A stretch of DNA of 54,711 bases from Alloascoidea hylecoeti (lineage: Eukaryota): assembly GCA_001600815.1 (NCBI GenBank), contig BCKZ01000046.1, positions 1 through 54,711 of the forward strand. Direction: 5' to 3'. The position numbers and the translations under genes are program-made. This document shows positions 35,225-46,202 of the stretch, one piece after another; positions within the stretch are counted from its first letter, which is position 1, and each line of letters starts with the position of its first letter. The notes under the pieces are model-generated. The model was not told where the DNA came from. It saw nothing but the letters and a program-made list of their open reading frames with translations, and searched no databases.

Positions 35225-36400
35225 ATGGCTCCACGAGTACTTACTCCATCATCTGCGCTTCTCAGAAAGAAGAAGAATCTCAAAAAAGGTATTCAATTTA
35301 CTTTAATGGTCGTGGGACCAAGTGGTTCAGGTCGTTCAACATTCATTAATACTCTTTGCGGTCAACAAGTCGTGGAAACATCAACTACTGTTCCTGCTCC
35401 TGAAGATTGTGCAAAGGATGTTTCTTTAGAACTTCGCCATCATAATGTTGAACTTGAAGATGAAGAAGGTGTTAGAATTCAACTTTCCGTCATTGATACT
35501 CCTGGATTTGCTGGTGGTCTTGATAATTCCGGTGCTTTTTCTGTTATTCAAGAATATATTACTAAACAATATGATGATGTTTTATTAGAAGAATCAAGGG
35601 TTCGAAGAAATCCTCGTTTTAAAGATGGAAGAATACACGCATTAATTTATTTAATTGTACCAACTGGTCATGGATTACGTGAAATCGATATTGAATTAAT
35701 GTCAAATTTAGCACAATTAGTTAATATTATTCCAGTTATTTCAAAAGCTGATTCTTTAACTCCTCCTGAATTAGAATTAGAAAAAAAAATTATTATGCAA
35801 GATATTTCTCATTATGGTATTCCAATTTATAATTTTCCTTATGATCGTGAATTGGATGATGAAGATACAGTTGAAGCAAATTCAATTTTAAGATCTTTAT
35901 TACCTTTTGCTTTAGTTGGTTCAAATCAAATTATTAATGCTGATGGTAGAGTTGTTAGAGCAAGGGTTTATCCTTGGGGTGCTATTGATGTTGAAGATTC
36001 AGATACAAGTGATTTTACACCTTTACGAAATGCTTTACTTATTTCACATTTACAAGATTTGAAGGAATATACACATGAAGTTTTATATGAAAGATATAGA
36101 ACTGAAGCATTATCTAAAGGTCCATCTTCAACATCTGTTGGTGGTGCTTCTTCTACTTCATTAGGTGCTGATTCACCTGTTATTTCTGATGATTATGGTT
36201 CATTATCTAGAGAAGATCAAATTAGAATGGAAGAAGAAAGATTAAAGGCTTTTGAAGAAAAGATACAAAAAGATTTGATGTTAAAGAGACAAGAATTGGC
36301 TGCTAGAGAAAAAGAATTAAGAAGTATTACAGAAAAATTAGATAGAGATGCTAGAGCTAAAGCATCATCAGATTTAGCTGTTAAAGAAGAAGGTTATTGA
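35225..36400 (+). CDS. CDC11: Septin
   Basis: LRKKKNLKKGIQFTLMVVGPSGSGRSTFINTL, IDTPGF, EESRVRRNPRFKDGR, VISKADSLT, C-terminal coiled coil. Confidence 0.93.
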   Translation: MAPRVLTPSSALLRKKKNLKKGIQFTLMVVGPSGSGRSTFINTLCGQQVVETSTTVPAPEDCAKDVSLELRHHNVELEDEEGVRIQLSVIDTPGFAGGLDNSGAFSVIQEYITKQYDDVLLEESRVRRNPRFKDGRIHALIYLIVPTGHGLREIDIELMSNLAQLVNIIPVISKADSLTPPELELEKKIIMQDISHYGIPIYNFPYDRELDDEDTVEANSILRSLLPFALVGSNQIINADGRVVRARVYPWGAIDVEDSDTSDFTPLRNALLISHLQDLKEYTHEVLYERYRTEALSKGPSSTSVGGASSTSLGADSPVISDDYGSLSREDQIRMEEERLKAFEEKIQKDLMLKRQELAAREKELRSITEKLDRDARAKASSDLAVKEEGY

Positions 36401-37299
36401 ATTCTTTTATTATGATTATGAATCTTAAAATTTGATAGAAAAAAAAAAAAGAAAGAATCATGTTTTCAATGCCCTGTAGTTAAAAATGCTTACTATTCTA
36501 TAAGATATACGCATATAATAATTTAAATAAGTTCTTGTTTTCTATTTTTGTTTTTTCCTTATTGTTTAATCTGTTTATAATCTAAAAGTGCTTAATGTAT
36601 TAATCAGAGATGCTGTTCAATGTTCTATAAGTTTTCTTAACATTTAATAAAGTATGTGTTAATAAATTTTCGTGTTAATTTTTTCATATATAATCAAAGA
36701 TATTAGAGAATTTTTGGCACGTTGTTGATTTAATAAAGCTTCTAATGTAACTTTGCACGGTGTTAAGCCTGAAAACATTACAAACGACCTATAGGGATAT
36801 TATAGGTATATGTGGAAATGTTGATCAATTATGATAAGAGGATCAGATAATCATACATACTTCTCGATTAATTATTACGGTACCGATCAATTTAACATTT
36901 AAATAATGAAATTGTGTTTTCTCTGATACAATTCTCAGAATTTGATACACGGCCTTTTAAGTAAGTTTTGTGGGTTTACTTATTCGTGGTGGTGCCACAT
37001 CAGAATAGTTGCTGTTGTGTTAATATAGACCATTTGTTGACATATATTCGCCCATCCTTGGAGAGACTATTAGTCATCTATTTGGATTATTAATTCGACA
37101 ATATGATTTAATAATATTCGACCAGTTTTAAATGAATAATTTATCATCTTACGAATCATTAATCAGTAGTACGTAGTGTTAATTACTTTTCGTTACTATA
37201 TATACTCTTGCTACTTTTATTGAATCTATTTCGCGATATCGATTATTATATGTAATGAAACTATAATTATGATGGTTTATATATTTAGTACTTCCCCAT

Positions 37300-38110
37300 C
37301 GTAATCGTTGCGTTCTTCAATTATAACAGCTTTAATCTTCAAAGTCTGGTTATATAACATTTATACTGAAGTATGGTGTGCATGTATCTCCATAAATTTG
37401 AAACTGATTTGTTCAAAATTCTTATTGTGGTATAACGTTATGCTTTTAGTATCTGAATCTAATATAGATTCACATATTGGAACTCTGGAGATAAATTTCC
37501 TATATTAATCCGATTGGAATTTATTAGAATGTTTAGCTCCCCATACATGTACTTCCCTAAGGTTAGAAAAATAGCGAGATATTATAGTTTTCATAAAACT
37601 AATTTTAATTGGGATTTTCAGTTGATTCTCTTTAATCTCCACTTTCAGTTAGTCATGAGTATCATAGATTATCTCAATTTTGATAATTGAAACTGACATT
37701 GGATGTATTATTATTACATANTCCCCTTCTGATTTGATGTTGGACATATGCCAGTCGATTGGGATGTAGAACCCATATTGAGCACATATTCATATTTTTT
37801 ATCATTTCCATTTTTTTCAATCATTTTATGAATTTCTTTTATTATTCCTTTCGAATTCCACAAATAAATTAAAACTAGTAGANAATTGCAATGTAATGTC
37901 AAATATAATCGTTTCCGATGTGGCATTATTATATCTTANAATAAAATTTCCACAATCTAAAGTTATGAATTTATAGCTCCAAACTTTCAATCCTCTATAA
38001 TTTTCTTGGGTTGAGATTAAAGATAATGATGCCGAGGAATCCTTACCCATAATCATAATAGTTATCAAGCACATTAGTGGTAGGAAAAAGTGTGAATTTC
38101 GTTGACTCTG
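37300..38110 (-). pseudogene. Copy 3 of the 30330/31436 family (C-terminal portion, stop-interrupted)
   Basis: 37940-38052 is essentially identical to 31436-31548 (MGKDSSASLSLISTQENYRGLKVWSYKFITLDCGNF) and continues through a decayed frame. Contains ambiguous n bases; left end approximate. Confidence 0.75.
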
Positions 38111-38245
38111 GCCAATAATTTTAGATACAGAAGTTTAAGTTTAGTATAATTGAAATTGTTTTTACATTTACAGAGATGTAGATAAGGCAGAGAAATGGTG
38201 TTTAATCATAATGACTTGAGAAGAGCCAATATTATAAAAGTTTAA
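38109..38245 (-). repeat. Dispersed repeat homologous to 46013-46160
   Basis: Reverse complement shares TCAAGTCATTATGA, TTATCTACATCTCTGT, AAAACAATTTCAATTA and CTTAAACTTCTGTATCTAAAATTA(T/C)TGGCC with 46013-46160. Confidence 0.88.
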
Positions 38246-38579
38246 TAATAGGAGGCAAAATGTAACTGCTGTAGTTGTGTTTTTTGATATAAACACCCGA
38301 TAGAGTGGGTACAAATCTTTGAGATAACGTATGCTAAGATGTGTAATGAATATTAACACAAAATGATTCTAGATCCAATTACTTGAAGATTGATTTCATC
38401 AAGACACATGGCTTCCAGTGTGTATTATAATGTCATGTTTGACATAGTTATATATAAAGCAGAGGTGATTGTCCCTATACGTATTTACAATTGAAGTAAT
38501 AATATTTCAGTAATAGACATGCTCTTTTATCAATCAAAAACTGTTATAAACAGTCCTTTATATACTATTCATTTACTAT

Positions 38580-40782
38580 TTATGCACCACCAACCCCAGC
38601 AATATAAGCCAAACTCCAAGTCCTTGACATCCCACCATCTAACCATTTCATTTGAAATCCATCATTTGCAAAAAAATTCCATGATTCTCTTGGATCCAAA
38701 AGAGCTAAATTTAACATTAATATACCTTTCCAACCATCATCAACATTTTTAATTATATTTGAAATAATTTCATCCCATTCTTCTTTAACAAATCCAGGAT
38801 GTCTTATAAATGATGATATGGGAGTTATTGGAATCATATGAATTCCATGAATATATTCTAAATTTTTTCCAAAATAAGTTGTATAATCACATTTATTTTC
38901 AAATGTTATACCAGTTACTTTATTTTTAATAAAATTTGAAGGTTGAATTGAATTATTATTATTCATTAATATATAAGAATTAATTGATTGTTCAAGAATA
39001 GAAAGCATTATGTTAGCTCTTATTTCCATTGGTTTATCATTTATTGTGATGGCCCAACATTTCATTGCATATGCAAAATTATAATCTTCAGATGATGATT
39101 CTTCATCTTTTCCATCTGAACTTGGAAATAAACCTTTTGCCCAAGAATGACCAACAAACCAATCAAATGATCTTGAAACTGGGAAATATAAATCATCTTT
39201 TGAAGGATTTGCAACATCTCTAACTAAATCATTTACCCATTCAGCATTTTCTGAAAGCCAAATTGGATTACCATTATTTAAATCACGATCAACCATTCCA
39301 ATAATACTAGCACAATGAATAAAATAAGAATAATGAAAATGGTGGTCATTGTAATAAGAATTTCCAAAGTCTGAACCAGGTTCTCCATCTATACCAGCAT
39401 TTGATATTAAACCTTTAAAAGAAGTATCATAACATAAAGGATTAATTTGATTATTTGTTGAATATTTCCCAAACCCTTTTTTCAAGATATTTAATAACTT
39501 CATGGAAGATTGATAATCTTTTAAAATATACATTAATGTATATAAAATATAAGCAAATTTATCAACTTGTTTCCCACCAAAATACATTGAATCAAGATCC
39601 ATTTGTTTTAATATTTCATTTTCATTTGATATTTCAAACATTGCAACTTTATGTATTAATTGTAAAGTTTCATTTGAATAATTTGCTTGTGAATTTGATA
39701 AACTTGACCATGGCATAAATTTTATTTCTGAAGGTAATGTAATTTTCATAACTAATGATCTTGTTATAAAACCATACATTTTCCCCATAACATTATCATC
39801 TAATGATATATTTGTAGCAGATTTAAATAAAACAGGTGAAAAATTATTAATATGATGTGGTAATGCTAAAATTAATGGGCATCCTGATATACTATTACCT
39901 GATGTATTATATGAAATACCATATGTTCCATAAGTTTCATCAGATTGAATATTTGCTGATAAAACTGCATTTGTTATAAACATACCTGCAACTTTATCAT
40001 AATCTGATTCAATATCTTGATGTGTTCTGGGATCACTATTACCTAATGATGCAACTTGTATTAATAAATTTTGAACATTTCTATTTGCAGCAAAACAACG
40101 TGGATTTTTTAAATTAAATTGTAAACCATTTATATTTGAAGGATCAGATAATGATGAAACATATAGTAACCAAATTATTTGATTTTCCAATTTAAGTTTA
40201 TATTTTAACACTCCTTGAGTTGGAGGTTGAAGATTAGATACTTCAAGAAACCCAACACCAGAAGTAATTTCAGGAGTCAAATCATTATATATAGCGCTTA
40301 TAAAGCCTTGTCCTTGTAGTAAAGGAGTAGTCATTTGACCTGGTTGTTGATTTGGTCTCATGTGCAAGTTAATTGACAAATGATCTATGGAGTCAACATC
40401 AATTGTTAAATCGGGAGTGAATTGTGAGGCAGATAAGACCAAGGACTTAATACCTACTGGGTTGAAATAGTAGGATTCACCGTATACCAATTGAGACCGA
40501 TCAGTGTGTGATATGGCCAGACCATTAGCACCATCTGAATTGGCCCACCAAACGGCATATGGGTGTAGGTAGACAGGATCATGGCGAGAACCGACAAACA
40601 GATTGGCATAGAACTTATTGGTTTCGATTGGGGTGGAGGAAGAGGGTGGAGGAAGAGTGTGTGGTCTTCGGGGGAACAGGGGCAGAGGCTCAGCGGTTGA
40701 GATTGGGTACACAAAGGGGTCACCGGTGAAATTTCCACCGTTGCCGGCACCTGTGGTGGGAGGCTGCGAGGGCGAGGGCGAG

Positions 40783-40817
<35 letters not shown>

Positions 40818-41135
40818 CGGGCGAGGGTTGAGGTGGAGTCTGTCCAGCTTGTGCTGCAATCGCTGGATTCTATCAAAAACCATGCCCAGGAAGTCAGACG
40901 CAGAGTAGCCGTAGGCGAAGGAGAAGGAGTTCTGTTTGTCGACCAGCGAGACCAAGTCCAGGTCCTCTTCCACGGCGCCCGGTGGTTGGTTGTTTGCGTC
41001 GCCCGGGAGAACGGGGTTCCTAGGGCCCACGGGGGGGGCCACGGGGGAGCCCACGGGGGAGCCCACGGGGGAGCCCACAAGGCACGTGCACGCACACAGC
41101 AGCAGCAGCAGCAGCAGAGTGGACGGAGGTACCAT
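38580..41135 (-). CDS. ENG1: GH81 endo-1,3-beta-glucanase, probably secreted (Eng1/Dse4-like)
   Basis: PIETNKFYAN, YYNDHHFHYSY, GKDEESSSEDYNF, HGIHMIPITP, GMSRTWSLAY. Signal peptide MVPPSTLLLLLLLCAC from ATG 41135; alternative ATG at 41183. Confidence 0.9.
40766..40810. repeat. (GAGGGC)n hexamer microsatellite encoding a Ser-Pro run in the GH81 gene
   Basis: About seven tandem GCGAGG units. Confidence 0.95.
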
Positions 41136-41325
41136 ATATACAGGTATGTTTGGGGAAAGAAGCCACGCTCTTGCTTTTGGCATGCCTGGACCTGCTGTGG
41201 CCCGGTCTGGTCACGTGCGCGCTGCTCGAGTTCCAAAACCACCTAGTTACCCTGCCTCGCTCCATCCTACTTATCCAGCTACACTCTATTATTTTCCGTT
41301 TCTCTCCCACTATCTCAATTCAATA

Positions 41326-42486
41326 ATGAAACAAAAAATTAACTTATCCAGTATAACAGAAACCGATGAAGCCAAATATAAGCAAAAATGTAAAGATTTA
41401 AAAAGGCGTATCCAAGAAATTGAATCTAGTAATGATATTATAACAATTTCAATAACAAGGACTAAACAATGCATTAAAAGATTGAAATTAGAATATGGAG
41501 TTATATTGGAAAAATTTGAAAATGTTATTAATAATGATAATGATATTAATAATGAGGATGATATTGATCTTGAAAATATTGATGGAATTAATGATTTTGA
41601 TGATGATGATGATAATCATGATGGTAATAAACGTGTTGGGGTAGTTGTTAATAAGGACACAAATGGAAAATATGGAATTGATGCATTTTCAGTGGATTCT
41701 GTAAGTTTTCTTATCTTCATTTTAATAATATTCTTCATATTTACTAATAACTTTTTATATTTATTTAGAATGGTGATTTATCAGATACACAATCAGAACG
41801 ATCATTTAAAAATGAAACACCTACCAAAAAAGCTCATGTAAAGGATCCTTTTGCACCAAAAAGACCACAAAATGCTTATATAATGTAAGATTCAAAACTA
41901 CATACATTATGATATTTTATACTTAACAAATGAACGCGTAATTGACTAATTTTTTTTTTTTTTTTATTATAGATTCTGTGACCGAGAAAAAATTCGTATT
42001 AAAAATCAATTAGATTCAAATCAAACAAATGATTCAACAGATTTAACAAGAGCATTAGCAGATGCATGGAAAGAACTTGATGAAAATGGTCGTAAACCAT
42101 ATTATGAATTATATGAACAATCTAAAGCAAGATATGTTAGAGAAATGGCAATTTATGTACCAAATAATCCAAAATCGACTGAAAAGGAAAAATTAAAAGC
42201 TGAATTAGCTTTAAAAGATTTAATTTCAAAAGAAGAAAAAATTAAAAATGATCAAAATGATCAAAATGATCAAAATGATGGAGAAAATGATGGAGAAAAA
42301 AATCAAGAAAATATTGTTAATAATAATAATGTTTCTAATGGTATTCATACAATTAATGAAAATGATAATTTGAAAATTGAAGAAGTTCATACAAGTTCTA
42401 ATAATTTAAATGATCTTATTAATCCAACTAACACTGTTGACAATGTAAATATAAGTACCAATCAGAACGGAGAATCAACAACATAA
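41326..42486 (+). CDS. NHP10: INO80-complex HMG-box protein; 3 exons (41326-41700, 41769-41884, 41973-42486)
   Basis: KYKQKCKDLKRRIQEIE...RLKLEYGVILE, then HMG box KDPFAPKRPQNAYIIFC...LADAWKEL...YVREM after splicing. Confidence 0.9.
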
Positions 42487-42889
42487 ACAAACAATCATTC
42501 AAACTAAAGCAAATTTACGTTTTTTTAATTCAATTTTTTCAATTATAATTTTTTAACTAATATTAATGGATCAATCAGAATATTATTACAATAATTGATT
42601 GTCAATAGGTATATAGGGATGTATAACATTATGGATATATTTCCACTTCTTCTTTTTTTTTATTAATAATAACACTATAGTATAGAATGATTGTAAATCA
42701 AATAAAGTAGAATCTTCAAATTCCGAACTAAAGTAGTGCATATCTTATCACAAAACCATTCATTCAGTGTTTACACAAGAAGCCAATATGGTATAATTAT
42801 TTTCAAATAGACATCAAATCCGGGTAAAACATAACGACAAGTTCCAAACTGTATTATCGTATTTTTTATATTACCAATTGCAATATATA

Positions 42890-44432
42890 ATGTCTTCAGA
42901 TGAACGAAGTTCTCTTTTAACTAAACAACAATCATTTAATGATGATTTAGAAGCAAATAATGATAATAATAAAGTAGTTACAACTGGTTTAAATAAAAAT
43001 TCAACAACAAATATTAATAGGAAACAATCCCTACCAACATCAATAAAATCAACTTCATCATCATCATCAAATAGTTCCGTAAATACAATCACAACAAAAT
43101 TAGGAGCACAAAGAACATCTAGAACCACAGAAAAATTAAAAATCTTACCAGATGATGGAGGACTATCATCAGAAGATGATGATTCAAATGAAAATAATAA
43201 AGAAGTTTATTCACAATCTGCAAGAATTAAAGATACACCAGCAAGAAGAGATGCAGAATTATTAGGAAAACAACATCGAAATTTATTACCAAGAGTTACT
43301 GCTTATTGTACAGCAAGTAGATATAAATTAAAAGAATTATTAAGATATTTAAAATCTAAAAATTATTTATTTAAAACAAATCCAAAATTAATTGATGAAT
43401 GTTTATATACGCCATATCACTTCAAATTTAAAAATTTCTCAAATCGAAAAATTAATAATAAAAATGGTAAAAAAAATATTAATGGAAAAAATTCAACATC
43501 AATTAAACTTGGTGATGAAGGTAGTGATATTTATATTGGTGATTTAGAACAAAGTGATATTTTTTTATTTGATTATGGTGTTGTTGTTTTATGGGGTTGT
43601 TTAAAAGATCAAGAATTAAAATTTTTAAAAGATATTGAAAAATTTGAAGTTGAAAAATTAGCTGATGAAGATGTTCAAATTGAAGAATTTAATTATTATA
43701 TAACTAAAAGTTATCAATCAAGAGTAAGTTTATCAAACATAAACATACAAGATATCATATGCATACTAACTTTTTTTATTTTTTTGAAAATATTTAGATA
43801 TATAATGATTTTATAACATTAAAAGATGGATCAAGTTATATGATTAAATTATCAATCTCTCATGCAATTGCCCAATCTGTTAAAATTTCATTATTTGAAG
43901 AATTAGTTGATAATACAATTGAAGATACAAAAGATTTACCCCAAGAAATTGCATTAACAGGAAAAGTTGATATGAGTAGAAAAGATATAATGAAAAGTAT
44001 TGGTGAACTATTTATATTAAGAATTAATATAAATTTACATGGTTCAACATTAGATTTTCCAAAATTAATGTGGTCTGAACCACATTTAGAACCAACTTAT
44101 CAAGCAACAAGAGGTTATTTAGAAATTGAACAAAGAGTTTTATTATTAAATCAAAGATTAGAAGTTATTTCAGATTTATTGGAAATGTTAAAAGAACAAT
44201 TACAACATAGTCATGGTATGAGATTTATTTGTGTGGAATTGAAATGATGATTTATTACTAATTAATGATATTTTTTAGATGAATATTTGGAATTCATTGT
44301 TGTTGTGTTAATTGCAGTTGAAGTAATGATTGCAATAATAAATGTAAGTTTGTTAAAGTTATATATACCATGGAAAAATTTACTAACTTGTGATAATTAA
44401 AGATAATTGTAGATATAGCAGCTGATTTTTAA
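42890..44432 (+). CDS. RMD1: Sporulation protein Rmd1 (DUF155); 4 exons (42890-43723, 43798-44215, 44279-44343, 44403-44432)
   Basis: LPRVTAYCTA, IFLFDYGVVVLWG, IYNDFITL, SHAIAQSVKISLFE, LEIEQRVLLLNQRL, EYLEFIVVVLIAVE. Confidence 0.93.
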
Positions 44433-44537
44433 ATCTACCAGATACTAAAACCATATAGTTATATATATATATACCTAATAAACAAGCATTTTCATGTCCA
44501 TATATTATGTAAAGATATTTCAATTGTATGACTTCAT

Positions 44538-44948
44538 TCAATTATCACCACTTTTTTTTAATTTTTCTTCAACAGATCGTACTTTATCTTCAAAAGTTTG
44601 TTTTTTATCAGTTCTTGTACCAATTCTAATATCACTTTGAATTCTTAAAACACCCATTTTATGAACTAATTCATGACATTCACCAATTAATTTTGTAACT
44701 TCATCCCATGGTCCTTCAATTGTTGTACCAGCGCTATGTAAACTAAATGAAAGTCCACTTGATTTAATATGTTTAACAACTGCTGCAACATAATCAGATA
44801 CTGATGTTGTTGGTGTTCCTAACTTTGGATCAGTTATGGCATGTTAATATATATAAATTAGTACTATAGTAATAATGGGGATTATTTTTGAACTTTTGAA
44901 ACATACTGGAATTAAACAAACATCTGCAATACAATTTAATTCAACCAT
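44538..44948 (-). CDS. ECM15: UPF0045/thiamine-binding-protein family member; 2 exons (44948-44907, 44822-44538)
   Basis: MVELNCIADVCLIP|LGTPTTSVSDYV...LHSAGTTIEGPWDEV...RIQSDIRIGTRTDK. Absent from the ORF track. Confidence 0.93.
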
Positions 44949-45542
44949 TGTAATGTTTGGAATTGATGGTGATTGAATGTAAAATTAAAAGGATTTTGTA
45001 TGATTTTGAAAATGAAGACCGTAAGTGATTAAAGAAACTTCCGGTGACTACCGCCAAAATTAAAAATATGTGGAGTGATGCCATATTGGATTTCTAAGCG
45101 CATATCTTTACAGTACTTTGCGTTAATTTGACCGATTTTCCACTCTTATTTAGCCGCATCTGAGATCCATGTTCGTCACAAATGTTTATGTATTTTTGCA
45201 GCTTGAAATTTATTTCTTCGTTTTCTGAGTGACCACAATTTCGTAGTATAGTTTTCATTTAGTTCGCCATATTTTTGACACTCATTGCGTATAAATAATG
45301 CGGGTACTCTAACTATGACATATTACTGAAATGTTATAACTTCAATTGTAAATACGTAGGCAACTAGTTGTCGCCGCAGGGGGCCGTCACAATATAGAGT
45401 AAGTTTTAGTAGGATGATATATAAAAAGAGAGAGTAAGATTTAGTTGGATGATACGTCCATGGCGGATTGGTTCTCTTATACAAAATAGTTAAGAGAAAT
45501 TCAAATCAAAAACAACGTATCATAGAATCAAAGAAGAATGAA

Positions 45543-46075
45543 ATGTCTTCTAGGAATGGTAATATGGCCAATGCTCAAGTTAGGCAATTCAACCGTGATT
45601 TAATGGTTGGTATAGAAGATGAGATAACAGCTATTCCAAAAGATTTTTATATGTATACCGGTAAAGGTTTTAAACATTAAACCTGAGATTTTTATTAAGC
45701 TTCTTTATCGAAACTTTAATAGAACAAATATTAGAACAAATAATGATAAACAAAATATTGCAAAATTCAAAATGGACATTCTTAATTGTTGCATGATTTT
45801 CTTAAGAAGCTTAAGAGGGAATGCTAAAATAGCTCCTAAAGGAAAAGCAATTTTAGACTTCTTCAGTTAAAGAAAGTTAAACCAAAAGAGTTCAATTCTC
45901 CATATACAAATATTCTAGTGGATGTTCCTCCTACATTTAAATTTCTTTGTTTTTCATCACTTATTAAATTTTCTCGTGGTGGTAGCAGTGAATGTAAATA
46001 CAAGTACAGCATAAACTTTTTATTTTTTTAGTACTTTCTCTTTTCAAGTCATTATGACTAAAGACCCATTTATCT
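45543..46075 (+). pseudogene. Frameshifted ORF resembling a bunyavirus-type (phlebo/tenuivirus-like) nucleocapsid; candidate endogenous viral element
   Basis: Reconstructed DFYMYTGKGFKPEIFIKLL...KFKMDILNCCMIFLRSLRGNAKIAPKGKAILD...VDVPPTFKFLCFSSLI follows the motif order of phlebovirus N (FAYQGFD, D..MIVLALTRGNK, SKEGKA, YPR...FAG). Recognised by eye only. Confidence 0.5.
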
Positions 46076-46202
46076 ACATCTCTGTGTAGATGCCAAAACA
46101 ATTTCAATTAAGTCTAATTAATATGCTAATCTTAAACTTCTGTATCTAAAATTACTGGCCATATACAATATGAATTATATTCGTTACAAATGAGTTAATA
46201 TT

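Noticed and set aside
40454..41310. Multiple overlapping Pro/Gly/Gln-rich ORFs and the apparent N-terminal extension of NHP10
   Set aside because: Shadow frames of the GC-rich, repeat-containing 5' end of the GH81 gene; NHP10 homology starts at ATG 41326.
46078..46088. CTCTGTGT resembling a phenuivirus segment terminus
   Set aside because: An 8-mer can occur by chance; it is not conserved in the 38109-38245 copy and no complementary 5' terminus is seen.
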